The position numbers were made by a program, and so were the translations under genes. The notes beneath the pieces were generated by a model. It did no database searches. It was not told where the DNA came from and saw only the letters and a list, made by a program, of their open reading frames with translations. Below, piece after piece: positions 1-13,480 of a DNA stretch of 64,000 nt; the stretch's first letter is position 1, and every line of letters begins with the position of its first letter. The DNA lies in the NCBI RefSeq assembly GCF_004010195.1, contig NC_057737.1:1177133-1241132 (forward strand), given 5' to 3'. Origin of the DNA: Chiloscyllium plagiosum (lineage: Eukaryota).

Positions 1-2286
1 GGTCGGGGTATCTGGGTCTGTCACCTGTATCAGCCTGGAATTGAGAATTGTTCCTCACTGTTTGTCCCGCTCAGTTCAACAAAACAGAAGGGATTATCAC
101 ATCCAGTGAAAATACAAGAGGGTGTCAGTGTCACATTCTGTCTAATGTTTGTTTTGTGTTCAATCAGTACATTCTTTTAGAGCCTGTCTCCTCCATTTCT
201 CCTGTTTTAGATCAAAACCTTTTCAATAAAGTGGCCTTTGAAAATCAGCCAATGTTAATCCTGAATCGTGGTTTGAAAATTTGTTTTCTCTTTTCTGTTC
301 AAGTATCCTTGGGTTGTTCTGTAGTTGCAGAGAAACCTTCAACCCATCTAACCCACCTATCCCATGTAACTCCTTATGGTAGGGTCACTAACTTTGAGTG
401 TATTGCAGGACAGTTCCTTACATGACCTTCCACCCTGAGCTGATACCTTTTCCCACCTTTAATACTTGACAAGATCCAAAGTGGAATCCCGAGGATTGTG
501 TTTGAATCCTCATTATTTGATGGCTTTGATACCTCACTCCCACCTCCCATTCCATCCCCTCTAATTCATTCATGTCCAAAACATCTTTCCAACTCTGTCT
601 TGACTTGACTCAAAGGCTACGTGTTAACAGCTTTCTGGGGTAAAGAATTGCAAACAATGAGAAGAGATTGCTGATCTCAGTCTGAAATGGCCGTCCCATC
701 ATGGCCTGCTGGCCATGCTGTCATTTCCGCAGTCAGATCAGACTCTCAGTATCGACTCCACCTGAGTCTCTCACATGTTTCTACATCTTGGTCAGAACCC
801 CTTTCCCGAGTGTGCCCAATCTACCCCACCCCTCATCACTAAGCCAGTGCAGTTTGGCATCTCAATGAGATAATGGGTGCCCGGCAGATCAGTTCAATGA
901 GGATGGTAGCAACAAATAAGCCGGTTGTAGGAGTAGACCATTGGGTCCCTCAGGTCTGCTCTGTCTTTTGATCATCGTCACGTGAAGAGGTGACCAATCA
1001 GCTGTGGCTGCAGGATGTTGGAGTCTTCTATCACCACGGTAACACAAAATTACCAGATGACTCCTCCCCACTGTGGCCGCTCTCTGGTAGATTTGAGAGT
1101 TGGTTGGGTCTGCCCTGATAAGGCAAAGTAATGTTCACCCAACACAGGTACCAGGCAATGACCATCTCCCACAATGGGGGAGCTAACCATCGCCCATTGA
1201 TATTTTCAATGGCATGACCTTGACTGCCAACATCCTGGGGGGCATCATTGTCTACAAACTAAACTGCACTACCATTGCTATCCAGGGGTTTGTGCCCTGG
1301 GTTAGTGCCTGTTGTTCAGGGTTAGTGCCCATGATTTGGGGTCAAGGTTCGGATCAGGGGTTCAGTTTGGTTAAGGGCTCGAGTGAGGTTTAGGATTTGG
1401 GTCAGGATTAGATGTAGGCTCATTGCTTCAGATTGAGTTCAGGTTTAGGGCCTTTCTGCGGCCAATCAGAAAGAGAACACACTTTTGATGACCTGTTGTT
1501 TAATTCCCTCCTCTTACATTACCAGTAACTCCCCTCCCCTCACACCAATACTTCCAAACTAAAGGGGCAAACACTATGGGAAAGCCTTCTCTTTTTCCGT
1601 TTTCCTGATGGTAGTTCTCTTCCTTGTTGGTTCACAGTATTCCCACTGGGATTTCTCATTCATTCCTGGAGATTCCTGTCTAATCCGGCAGTTCTGGTGC
1701 CCCCCTCGTCTTCTCACAGACACCGAGTCCTATCAGCCAAGTCCCTCCAGATTGGAATCTTTGCCAACAACAACAATTTGCATTTGTATAGCAAAAACTT
1801 TAAGCTAGCAAAAACAGCCCCTTGTTTTCTCCCAGAAAGGGGACAGGCTGGTGTGCCAATCAGTGACACGTAATAGTTCACCTCCACAATTTAGCCTAGA
1901 AAGGAGTTTGGATCTAAACAGCTTTGGTGAATACAAACCAGAATTTGTATTAAACATCTACAAAAGGACATTACTGTGGATTAAACATTGTATGAAACCA
2001 GCAGAGAATGCAGTAAAAGACACAGCCCTGAGTTTACACACAACGTTTCCCCAGCCCCTGATAAACACTGACTGGGTCAACACACAGGAGTAACACTGTC
2101 ACAGCTCATTAAACAATCACCAGTGGATCCTGATACCACCCCCCACAAAGGTTCACATTGTACATGGGGGAGGTTCTGAGCATGCTCACTGTGAAACACG
2201 CTGCCATTAAAAAACATGGCAGTGCCCAAATAGGCACAATAATGGAGGATACTGGACAATTCTAGCAATGCTGGCAGGAGCACTGT
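1..2286. repeat. Left arm of a large inverted duplication (continues beyond the window start)
   Basis: Reverse complement of 26858-29425; ORFs 48-425, 889-1071, 1608-1808 and 1851-2093 recur almost identically on the opposite strand at 29001-29378, 28355-28537, 27336-27536 and 27051-27293. Confidence 0.97.
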
Positions 2287-2729
2287 CAAGGCACCACATG
2301 GATGTGTATCGTGCATACGGTGTACGTTGTCCACTGAGGGGTTACCATCCATCAACAGAGGGAGTCTCAAAGGAGAGTTTTTAAAATTCATTCCCAGGAT
2401 ATGACTGGGCCAGCATTCATTGTCCACCTCTAATTTGCCCAGAGGGCAGTTAAGAGTCAACCACATTGCTGTGGGTCTGGACTCAAGTTTAGGCCAGACC
2501 AGGTAGGGATGGTAGATTCTTTCCCTAATGGACATTAGTGAACCCGATGAGCTTTTCCAATATTTGACAATGGATTCATGATCATCATTAAACTCTTAAT
2601 TCCAGATTTTTATTGAATTCAAATTCACCATCTACCGTGGTAGGATTTGAACCCAGGTCCCCAGGACATTACCTGGGTTATTGAATGGACAATCCAGCAA
2701 TAATACCATTTGGCCTTTGTCTCCCCTTA

Positions 2730-3625
2730 TTGCCCGTCCCTAGTTGCCCCTGGAGAAGGTGGGGGTGAGCTGCCTTCTTGAACCGCTGCAGTCCATGTGC
2801 TGTGGGTTGCCCTTAGGGAGGGAATTCTAGGATTTTGACCCAGCGACAGTGAAGGAATGGTGGCATATTTCCAAGTCAGGATGGGGAGGGGCTCAGCGGG
2901 GAACTTGCAGGGGGTGGTGTTCCCATGTATCTCTGCCCTTGTCCTTCGAGATGGAAGTGGTCATGGGTTTGGAAGGTGTTTTCTGAGGATCTTTGGTGAA
3001 TTTCTGCAGTGCATCTTGTAGATGGTACACACTGCTGCTACTGAGCATCGGTGATGGAAGGAGTGGGTGTTTGTCGATGTGGTGCCAATCAAGTGTGGGC
3101 TGCTTTGTCCTGGATGGTGTTGAGCTTCTTGAGTGTTGTTGGAGCTGCCCCCATCCAGGGCAAGTGGGGAATACTCTGTCACACTCCTGACCTGTGCCTT
3201 TTAGTTGGTGGGACAGGCTTTGGGGGGTCAGGAGGTGAGTTACTCACTGCAGTATTCCTGGTCTCTCATCTGCTCTTGTGTTTATACAGCAAAGCCAGTT
3301 CAGTCTCTAGTCAATGGTACCCCTCCAGGATGTTCATAGAGGGGGATCCAGTGATGGTAATATCATTGCATCTCAAGGGCTGATTGGAAAATTGTCTCTT
3401 ATTGGAAGTGGTAATTGTCTGGCAGTTGTGTGGTGTGAATGTGACTTGCCACTTGTCAGCCCATGGCTGGATATTGTCCAGATCTTGGTGCATTTGAACA
3501 CGGCCTGCTTCAGTATCTGAGGAGTGGTGAATGGTGCTGAGCATGATGTAAACATCAGCAAACATCCCCATTTCTGACCCTATGATGGAGGGAAGGTCAT
3601 TGATGAAGCAGCTGAAGATGGTTGA
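2730..3625 (-). mobile_element. CR1/L2-clade LINE 3' fragment
   Basis: MFAD...QDLDNIQPWADKWQVTF RT remnant; the same 3' sequence recurs at about 40510-40800, 47655-48185 and 53640-54000. Confidence 0.8.
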
Positions 3626-4829
3626 GCCAATGACAAAGAGAATAAAGGAATCGATGTTCTAACAGCCCTGTGTCGTTCTGATTATGAATGAGTCAAACAC
3701 CTTACAGTTTCTTCCCAAGAACTTCTCAATGACTATGCCGCTGTCAGAACAGGAGCGAGTGATCTGCTCTCAAAATAAATAAAACTCTCAATTCATAACT
3801 GCATTAATGTCGGACATCATTAAATCACTCCAAAGTGAAGGTCAGGCAATGACACTCTCAGAAGTATGACTGATGGAACCGTGATTTTCACTTAAATAGA
3901 ACAAAGAATTGTGGGATGCTGGAAATCTGAAACAAAAACTGAAATTGGAGGCCCGAGGAAGGGTCACTGGATTCAGAACATTAACTCTGCTTTCTCTACA
4001 CAGATGCTGCCAGACTGACTGAGTTTCTCCAGCAATTTCTGTTTTTGTTTACAATACTCCCTTGGTGTCCGCCCTGGATACAGCTGGGAAATATATTTTC
4101 TCACTGAAAGACATTTCCTCTGGCCAGCTGTTCTCGGGTTGACAGAAATAATCAGCAACACAGACGGAATCCTGGTTTTTAGATTTAAAAGCGCCTGATA
4201 AGTAAAATATTCCTCAGTACAACAAGTGCTGATGTGATGACTCCTGGAAGTACTGTGTCAGGCCAGGGCTTAGCTTTCCTCAAGATCTATCAGGGACCTG
4301 ATGTGGTTGATAGGGAGGGACAACTTGCATCATTTGTAGCATCTAAGGCAAAGGATAGAGTTTACAAACCAGAGCAAACTTGGGAGACATTTCCACACAC
4401 AAGGCATGATGGGTGTTTGGTGCATGTTTCTCCAATAGCAATCGATATTGGGTAAAGTGTTAATTTTAAATCAGAGGTTTCTGGAAGCTGAAAATATGAA
4501 GAGCTATCACCTGGGTTAGGTCAGAGATCAGCCATTATCTCAGTGAGTGGTAGAACAAGCTTGAGGGGCTGAATGGCCTCATTTTATCCCTAGAATTCGA
4601 CTTGAAGCAATACAATGATAGAACCTAATTGACATAAATGGAAATAAAAAGTGCTCAGGTCACCACCCCCACCTTACAATGGCTACCACACATCACAATC
4701 CACACACGCATCCACATGTTAATAAATACTGAGATTAATTCCATCCTCAGGCTAATAAACACTTTGGATAAAACCTGATGTTAAATAATTGTTACCGCAC
4801 TATAGAAAGGGTATTACTGCATTTAGAAA

Positions 4830-5260
4830 CAGGAGGCAGAGGGTGGTGGGAGAAGGCGGTTTGTGTGACTGGAGTGTAGGTGTGCAGTCATGTACCATAG
4901 GGATCAGTGCTGGGTCCCTTATTGTTTGTGATATCCATAAATGATGGAGATGGGAATGTGGGAGGGACGGTGATAAGTTTGTGGATGATACAAAGATTGG
5001 CCAGGTGGGTGACAGAGGAGGAAGGTGTTAGATTACAGGAGGACATGAATGGATGTGGTAGATGGCAGATCAGTGGAAGATGGCATTTAACCCTGATAAA
5101 TTTGTGGTGATACACGTTGGAAGAAGGAACAAGGACTTCCTCAAAGAATAGCAGGACACAAGGAAGCTCAGAGGAACAGAGGGATTTTGGGAAGCTTGCC
5201 CACCGACCCCTGAAGGTGGCGGCACAGGTTAATAGAGGTGTTAAGTGGCATATGGAACAT
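4830..5260 (+). mobile_element. Degenerate CR1 RT fragment
   Basis: GSVLGPLLFVISIND...KFVDDTKI remnants. Confidence 0.75.
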
Positions 5261-5709
5261 GCGGCGATGCTGTCGCTTTAAGAGGTTATTTTGTCCTGAT
5301 TTTTTGAAGAGAGGTTTTAAGACAGAGTTGCAAGTACTCGGAAAGCCAGTAAACAGCTTGTGAGGGTTTGGTTTTTTCTAAAAGTTGCAACAATAGAGGC
5401 AGCATGGCTGGGTGTGGCCAGTTCTCACAGACCATGATTTCTCTTTTTTTGTTGTTGTATTTAGAGTTAGCTTTAAGCAGTTGCTGTTGTTGGCATGAAG
5501 CAGTGGAAGCTCCTTTTCCCTCGATAAACTGGGAGCGTTCTTCCTTGACAGTTAGATTGTAAAATGAAACAAAATCTCTTTCTGAATTTGCCTTTTTGCC
5601 AAAGGGTGTATTTATGGGATGTTAGTATTACTATATCTATTATACACTTATGGTTGCCAATGGAGTTAAGGTGTTCTAAGTTCTTCTTTCTTGTGTTGTA
5701 TTTTAACAA

Positions 5710-6070
5710 CAGTGTATCTCAGTCGGGCCTGCAGGGGCTGACTGGACCTCCCAGTCACCGCCCATTTTAATTCCCCATCCCACTCCCTTTCCAACATGAC
5801 CATCTTTGGCCTCCTCCATTGCCACAACGAACCAAACCACAAATTGGAGGAACAACACCTCATCTTCCTCCTGGACAGCCTCCAACCCAGAGGGCTCAAC
5901 ATTGCGTTCTCCAATTTCAAATAAGCTCCCTTCGCATTCCCTGTCTCCCTTCCCAGGCCCTCCCCCTCTCTCCCTATACTCCCTGCCACCAACTGGATTC
6001 ATTCTTCCCATTGTCCAACCAGGTTGTACCCTCTACCTGTCTTCACCTATCCCCACTTCACCCTATGTCC
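5710..6070 (+). mobile_element. Penelope-like GIY-YIG / 3' fragment
   Basis: DLPVTAHFNSPSHSLSNMTIFGLLHC...KLEEQHLIFLLDSLQPRGLNI, typical of the Penelope C-terminus. Confidence 0.7.
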
Positions 6071-6834
6071 TCTAGTTCTGGACTCCCCGACCCCAGGGTA
6101 AAGACTTTGCCTAATTACCCTATCCATGCCCCTCATGGTTTTATAAACCTGTATAAGGTCACCCCTCAGATTCAGGGAAACAGCCCCAGCCTGTTCAGCC
6201 TCTCCCTGTAGCTCAGATCCTCCAACCCTGGCAACATCCTTGTAAATCTTTTCTGACCCCTTTCAACTGGCTCTTCCAGTCTTACCAATAACCACCCTGA
6301 ATATAATTAATGGTTGTGGTACTGTGCTCACGTCCCTGTCTCTGGGATACTAGTCTCAGCTGCTGGTTGTGTTAGAACAAACTGGAACATGTTGTTTAAA
6401 TATCGGTACACTTCCACTGTTCACATTAACAATGCCCTGAGAGAAGAAATTCCCCAGCCCTGGTTTTAAATGGCAGACCCCTTATTCGGAGAGTGTGCTC
6501 TTTGTTTTAGCTAACCCCCCAGCTCTGGTGAAGGGCTAATGAACACTCAGTCTGTGCCCTGTGAAGCCCCCATGGAATCAGACATGTTTCAAAGCCATCA
6601 TCTCTCATCCTTCTCAACTCCAATGGATCCTGGGTCCCTCCGAGCCCAGCAGCCCCCACAGGATAGGCTTCATTACCCCGGTAATGAGCAAGATGGTATT
6701 GTTTAAATCCAATTCCCTGACACTGACTGGGTTGCAATATCTTTAAATCAGGTTTGTGGTTCAAACTGATCATTGCAGAAAGGTCTTGCTTCGTTCAGCT
6801 GCCATCACATTAAAATTTAGCTTTAAAATAAACA

Positions 6835-7060
6835 AGGTTAGAGTGGTGCTGGGAAAACACAGCAGGGCAGGCAGCATCTGAGGAGCAGGAAAATCGACGT
6901 TCCGGGCAAAAGCCCTTCATCAGGAGGGTTTCATCAAGCCCGTTCCTGATGAAGGGCTTATGCCTGAAATGTCGATTTTCCTGCTCCTCGGATGCTGCCC
7001 GACCTGCTGTGCTTTTCCAGCACCACTCTAATCTTGACCCTAATCTCCAGCATCTGCAGT
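6835..7060. mobile_element. Inverted pair of Penelope terminal-repeat fragments with hammerhead cores
   Basis: About 90-bp arms (6835-6925 and 6943-7035) are reverse complements; each has a CTGATGA-AGGGC-loop-GCC(C/T)-G(A/G)AA core. Confidence 0.65.
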
Positions 7061-7310
7061 ACTCAGATCTGCAGTACACCTGTAAAATAAACAGCCTGCC
7101 TCAAAGTAATACTCTCCTTTCTCTTTTAAACTGAGAGTCAGTTAACAAGCAACAGTTAATTTTAATAATCAGAAGAAATGAATCACAGTACAACATTAGC
7201 AGAGTCTAATAAAGTCCGATTAACACCATGTTAACATTCTCATTTGTTGCCGTGGAGTGTCTGGTGTAATTTCCTGATGAACCACACAGCTGGAACTCTG
7301 TGTAACTGGC

Positions 7311-10300
7311 TCAGATATTGGCCCGGAACTCTGGCTTTACCAGGTAGGCCCACATGCTACTGTACGGATGGACAAGGCTCGTTGGCTGCTCCTTGCAGTC
7401 CACCATGGGCTTCCCTTCATTGGCCCATTTCACCAGCCCCCCCTCCAGGTTGTAGACTCTCAGTGACCTGCGCAGAGTCTGCCCAGCATTACTCGCCAGA
7501 AACTCCACCAGCTTCTGTGCCACTTTGGACGAGCGATATCCCACAGTGCAATAACAGATCACCTCCCTCTCCTCGTTACAATCTGCAAACGACAGAAAAA
7601 CCAAAGAAATCCCGGTGTAGGATGACGAGTAAAGCCATTATCGGGACAGCTGTAGACTCCAAGAAAATATCAGCGTTGGCAGCAAGCTGTGGAAAACCAC
7701 CAGGTTCCCTTCCGATCAATCACCCCTAACATGCCCTTCAATCCCACTCCGTCCCTGGATCCTCAATCCCATTGGAGGCCCCAAACCCACTGTTTTCTTG
7801 GATCTTCCAATCCCACTGGATTCTCAACTCCACTGCCTCCATGGCTCCCCAATCCCACTGGATCCCCAAAACCCACTGTTTTCTTGGATCTTCCAATCCA
7901 ACTGGATCCTCAATTCCACTGCCTCCATGGATCCCCAATCCCACTGGATCACTTAAACCCACTGTTCTTCCAGATCTTAATCCTACTGTTTTCCAGGATG
8001 CTCAATCTTACAGAATCTTCAAACCCACTGTCTCTATGGATTCCTAAAGGCAATGTCTCCTCTGGATCTCTAATCCCACTGGAGCTACCAAACCGACCCA
8101 CCCTGGATCCCAAATCTGACTGGTTCCCCAGTCCTTAATGCTCACACCTACGGTCTCCTCCATGATCCCCATCTGCCCAGAATCAGTTGCTGTTTGACCT
8201 CAGACTGTCTCTCCACTCAGCCGGGGAAAGGAAGAGGCAGCAGCAGAAGAGGAGGAGGGGAATGTCAGGGAGTCGGAGGAAAGGTGAGGGAGTGAGCTTG
8301 GAGGGGAATCACAAGGGAGGAAGATCATTAGGAGTTGGTGAGAGGGAGGAGGAAGGAGTCAAAGGCAGAGCAGGATGGAGGAGAGGAAGGGGAGCAGACG
8401 AGGGGGGTGAAGATTCGTGAGCAGACGAGGGGGGTGAACGCGGGTGAGATTGTGCAGTTTGATGGAGAGACAAAGAAGAGACAAAGGAGAAAATTAGGTG
8501 TGAGAAAGAAGGGACTGAGGAAATGAAAGTGGAAAGTGGATGGGGAGCGAATGAAGGGAGTGAGCAAGAGGAAGGGAGAAAGGGATGGGGAGAGATGTGA
8601 GGAGAAGGAGAGAGAGGTGAGGAATGAGTCATAGAGTGTTAGAGCATGACGTAAAAGTTTTCCAAACTAAACTAGTCCCACTTGCCTGCGTTTGGCCCAT
8701 ATCCCTCTAAACCTTTCTTATTTATGTACCTGTCCAAATCTCTTAAATGTTGTATCGACCACTTCCTCTGGCAGTTTATTCCACACATGAACCACCCTCT
8801 GTGTGAAAAGGTTGCCCCTCAGGTCCCTTTTAAATCTTTCTCCTCTCACTTTAAACATATGCCCTCTCGTTTTGAAATCCCCCACCCTCAGGAAAATACC
8901 TTTGTTGTTCAATTTAACCATGCCCCTCATGATTTTACAAAACCACAATAAGGTCATTTCTAAACCTCCTACATTCCAGTGAAACAAATCCCACCCGATC
9001 CAGCCTCTCCCTATAACTCATACCCTCCAGTCCTGGCAACTATCTGGTACATCTTTTCTGAACTCTCCCCAGTTTAATCATATCCTTCCTATAGCAGAGC
9101 GACCAGAACTGCACACTGTACATCAGAAGTGGTCTCACCAACGTCCTGTACAACATCAACATGACACCCCAACTCCTACACTCAACGGTCTGAGCAACCA
9201 TTCCAAAGTGCCTTCTTAACCATCCAGCCTACCTGTGATGAACTTGCAAAGAATTATGTACCTGAACCGCTAGGTCTCCCTCCTTATTTCCAACAGAGAC
9301 AATGGGGAAGAGATTGGAAAAAAGAGAGGTCAGAGAGATTTTGTAAACCCCGAGGAGACACTGAGCAGAAAAGCCTTTGTTGACCACCGTGAGGACAGAT
9401 AATGTCCTGGATATTATCACAGAACTCTGTCTGTTACTGTAACTCTTAAAGAAAGGAGTTATCTGGGAGAAACAGAGATCCCGTTTAGATAAACACACGA
9501 GCTCTCTCTCCAAGGCAAAACACCCTATTCAACTGGGAAACAAATGAAAGAAAGGAACAGGGAGAGAGAAGAGATGGAGAGAGAGAGAGAGAAAGAGGGG
9601 AAAGTACAAGACCTCAGGCTGGAGAAGGGAAGGACAGTCAGAATCGGAAAGGGGCAGCACAACATAGTGTCATGAGGAACTCAGGACATCCTCTTCAGAC
9701 TCTGGCCTGGGACCCCATCTGCTCTGTTGCAGAGAGTGTGCACTCTAACCCCATGCACTCTCCCAGGCTGGAGGCCTGTCTACAAAGCAAGAGCCAGAGG
9801 GGGCAGGAGCCCCGGGATGGGAGTTAGACTGCCCCCTACCTGCCAGGCCCAGCTCCTTGGTCAGATGATCCATGTCACTGGTGTCTGGGTCAATGCGAAT
9901 GGCTCCCTGTAAGTGGCTGACCTCGTATTCAGCCGTATTCCGGACATCCTGAAACAACACGGAGACATTGTTAGGGCAAAGACAGGAAGGTGAGCTCCAG
10001 CTCATCTGTACCACTCTGGCTCCAACTCAGATCTTGTCCCGGGAGGGTTTGATGGGGACAGTGTAGAGGGAGCTTTACCCTGTATCTAACTCCGTGCTGT
10101 CCCTGTCCCGGGAGTGTTTGATGGGGGAACAGTGTAGAGGGAGCTTTACCCTGTATCTAACCCCCATGCTGACCCTGTCCTGAGAGTGGGGACAGTTTCA
10201 AGGGGCTATACTTTGAGTTTAAGAGTTGAAGGAGCTTTACTCTGTATCTACTCTGATGAGCCCACGATAATGGTTAATGTGTAGGAGGGTAACTCTGGAA

Positions 10301-12239
10301 GGGAACAGGAGTGCAGTGCTGAAGTGAAAGCTGTGAGGAATGAGGAGCTGGTCCTGTGTTGTTTGGGGTCACTGCTGCTTTCGGAAAGATCCAGATTGAA
10401 GCCTTTCATGGTGTGGCTCTGTTTGGAATGGTAATGTCCCCTCTCAGAGTGATCTGCGGGTGTTTGTACAATGATTGCATTGTAATTACCGGGCAAACAC
10501 TGAAAGACAGCTAATCCCACCTCAGTGTCTAATTATAAATAGCCACTCTGTACTTGACCAATGTATTTGTGTAGATTGATGCCAGGTTTTGTCATCGACA
10601 CACGTCATGTGATGGAAACAGCCAGCAAGGAAAAGGGTCAGGGAGTGTGGGAACATCTCCGAGATGAAAGCCAGTGTCTCTCACACACACAGACACAGAC
10701 AGAAGCCCATATCTCATCTTCAGCTCTTTAGACTGGACACATTCAATCCAGGCAGCACCACCATTGGTCACAACACTCTCGCAGACCAGTTGCTGAACTG
10801 AATACAAACTGGGTCACGGGGGGACGCCTGGTCCCAGGCTGAGGGCAGATTAATGAGCTGGACGACAGTGTAGGCACACAGTGTGCTATCACAGAGCAGG
10901 GTCAGGGGTGAAGACAAGGTGTCACAATTACTCAGTGAGACTGAAGAAATGAAAACACTGATGTGGAGAGAGATATAAAAGTTCTGAAAGGGGGTTATAA
11001 AACATTACAGATGCACTAAACCATACATGGATGTTTATTATCGCTGCTTAATACGTATATGCAAATTCATGATGTATCTACAACACAGATGTGGAGGGGT
11101 CAGTGTTGGACTGGGGTGGACAAGGTCAGAAGTCACATGACACTAGGTTATAGTCCAACAGGTTTATTGAAATCACAAGCTTTCAGAGCGCTGCCCCTTC
11201 ATCAGCTGCAGTGTCTGTTGGACTATAACCTGGTGGCATGGGACTTCTGACATTCTACAACACAGAAACAGACCATTCAGCCCATCTGCTCCTTGATGGT
11301 GTTCCTGCTATACACAAGCCCCCACCCACGTCTCCCACCCTCTCACCATCTCCTTTTAATGTTTTCTTCCTCGTGTTTATCCCCTTTCAGTATATCAGCG
11401 GGTTCTACGTGGACCATTCCCTGTGGGCGCAGCTCCCACTTTCTCAGGTTGCTTTGCAAACATGCAGTGACTGGTAATGGCAACCTGATCCTCACTGAAA
11501 AGCCAGAGACAGTTAGAGAGGGACCCTAACCCCAACCTTAACCCAGCAATGGGGCTAACCAAATTATACAGCCTGCTCCTTCAGCTCTTTGTATTAGACA
11601 GAGACTGGGGCTCGACCAGCCTGCACTGACAGGACATGACAAACAAATCTGCTGTTCGATGTGCTTGTGTAATGAGATAGCACTAACCAAACAATTCTGA
11701 GTGAGCTAACCATTACACTAAGAACCAGTTTAAGATAACCAGTTGATTGTTATGTGGCTCATTCTCATATGCCAGAAGTGATATACGCTCAATTGCAGGG
11801 ACCTATTCTCTGTAAACTTAAGGGGAACTTGCCCCTTTCAGGGGTTTGGGGGACTGACCAGTTGCTTATTGCTTTCTTCATCACCATGCCTCAGCCAATC
11901 AGAATCAACCTGCCAGCCAATCAGCAAATTGCAGTGATTGCTTGAAATGTGGCACTCTTGTGTGTGTGTCCTGATGGGAGCAACACAAGAGATTTCATCC
12001 ACGTGTCTCTCTCTCTCTCTCTGTTCAGCAATACCATGGATTGTTGATCAAATTAATGTTTTAGATATATATAAACCATCCTTCCAACTTATAAACTTTA
12101 TATAAAAGAATCACTCAGTGCTTATTACCAGCAACAGGATCTGATTCCGATTCTCTGCCATCTGCTGCTCAGTGCTGTCTGAACTCCGGTCTTGCACTAA
12201 GTTAAAACTCTTTCGAATCCACAGGATCACAAGCTCCAT
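7311..12239 (-). CDS. Single-domain rhodanese (sulfurtransferase-like) protein, about 163 aa, 3 coding exons
   Basis: Exons 12129-12239 (in-frame AG acceptor at 12270-71 would extend it to 12269), 9840-9948 and 7311-7582; GT-AG junctions with matching phases (0, 1). Spliced product MELVILWIRKSFNLVQDRSSDSTEQQMAENRNQILLL|DVRNTAEYEVSHLQGAIRIDP...|...VICYCTVGYRSSKVAQKL...VYNLEGGLVKWANEGKP...VHPYSSMWAYLVKPEFRANI* has the rhodanese motifs LLDVR, EY..SHL.GA, active-site loop C-TVGYR-S and NLEGG..W. Start codon uncertain. Confidence 0.85.
7735..8135. repeat. Degenerate tandem repeat (ggatcyycaatcccact)
   Basis: Recurrent aatcccactggat / aacccactgtt motifs. Confidence 0.7.
8630..9275 (-). mobile_element. 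CR1 LINE 3' fragment in the rhodanese gene intron
   Basis: [38 protein letters not shown]. Confidence 0.88.
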
Positions 12240-13480
12240 TCTCTCAGCAGCGAGGACTTCCACGTGGAACTGAGGGGGGAACAGGATCTTAACATTGTGT
12301 CAGAAGGGATTGGTGAGGAGAAACATGTTAACACTCACTGCAGGAATCTACAGGGGACCAGTCCAGGATACATGAAAGCACATGAGGAATGTTGGTGATC
12401 TGCAAAGAGAGAGAGAGGGAGAAAAAGATAGAGAGGAGAGAGAGAGAGCCAGAAATAGAGAGAGCTAGAGAAAGACAGTAAGAGAGAAAAAGAGAGTGAG
12501 AAAGAGAGCGCAAGATAGAGAAACAAAAAAATGGAAAAAGAGAGAAAGAGAGAGAGGAAGGGAGAGAAAGTGAAGTAGAGAGAATGACAGAAAGAAAGCA
12601 AGAGATAGAGAGAAACATCCAGACATAAAGCAAAGTCAGAGACACACACTGAGCCAAACAACACTCTGCTATTGTCCTGTGGGTCCCCATCAGATAAACC
12701 TCCCCATAGAACCTTACAGGAATGATACAGCAAACAGAGCCTGAGATGTCAGGATAGGTGACTGAAAAACCAAGCAGTATCTTTGAACAGGATCTTACAG
12801 GATCGGAAATCGGAATGGTTTGGGAAAGGGGTGGTATGGAGCTCAGGGCCCTTGACAAGGCCACCAGTGCTGGAACAATTAAAATCAGCACAGGAGGAGC
12901 ACTCTGATGCTAATGCAGGACATCACACAGATAACCAGAGGTGAGACCACTGAAGGATTTGTAAACAAGGATGTGAATGTTTAGAATTTATTGAACAGGG
13001 AGCTAATGTAGGACAGCAAGGACAGGGAGCAGTGAGAGTTAGATGTGGGCAGCAGTGTATCAGATAAATTGAGGAAGATGGAGGCTGGTGAGGAGAATTC
13101 ATGGGATAGTTAAGGTTAGAGGTGAGTACGGCACAGATGAGGGGTTCAGCAGCAGATAGGGCAACCCCCGGGGTGGGGGGGGAAGGTTTCAGGAGTAGAA
13201 ATCAATAACAGACAGGGCATGAGGGCAGAGGTTCAACTCAGGGTCAAATAGGGTGGTGAGGTATGTGCTCAGCTGAGTACATTAAAATAAAACACAGGGT
13301 AATTTCTGTCCAAATTGCAGGCTCAAAGCATAAATACACATTAAACTGCACCCTGTAGATAGCTGCAGCTGATTGCGTGCAAGAGCAAGACGCTGAATCA
13401 TATTTAATCACAAGGATTCTCCAAGTAATTAGTGAAAGAAACAAAAGTAATGCAAGGCGCAATGTTTTCACGCACCGAAT

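Noticed and set aside
48-425. 125-aa ORF present twice (also 29001-29378)
   Set aside because: No recognisable domain and a TTG start; recurrence is explained by the inverted duplication.
1295-1450. Telomere-like GGTTAG/GGGTCA repeats (also 27700-28140)
   Set aside because: Too degenerate and short to call an interstitial telomere.
12328-12891. 187-aa hydrophobic Ser/Leu-rich ORF resembling a membrane protein
   Set aside because: Translation of a (GA)-rich low-complexity tract.
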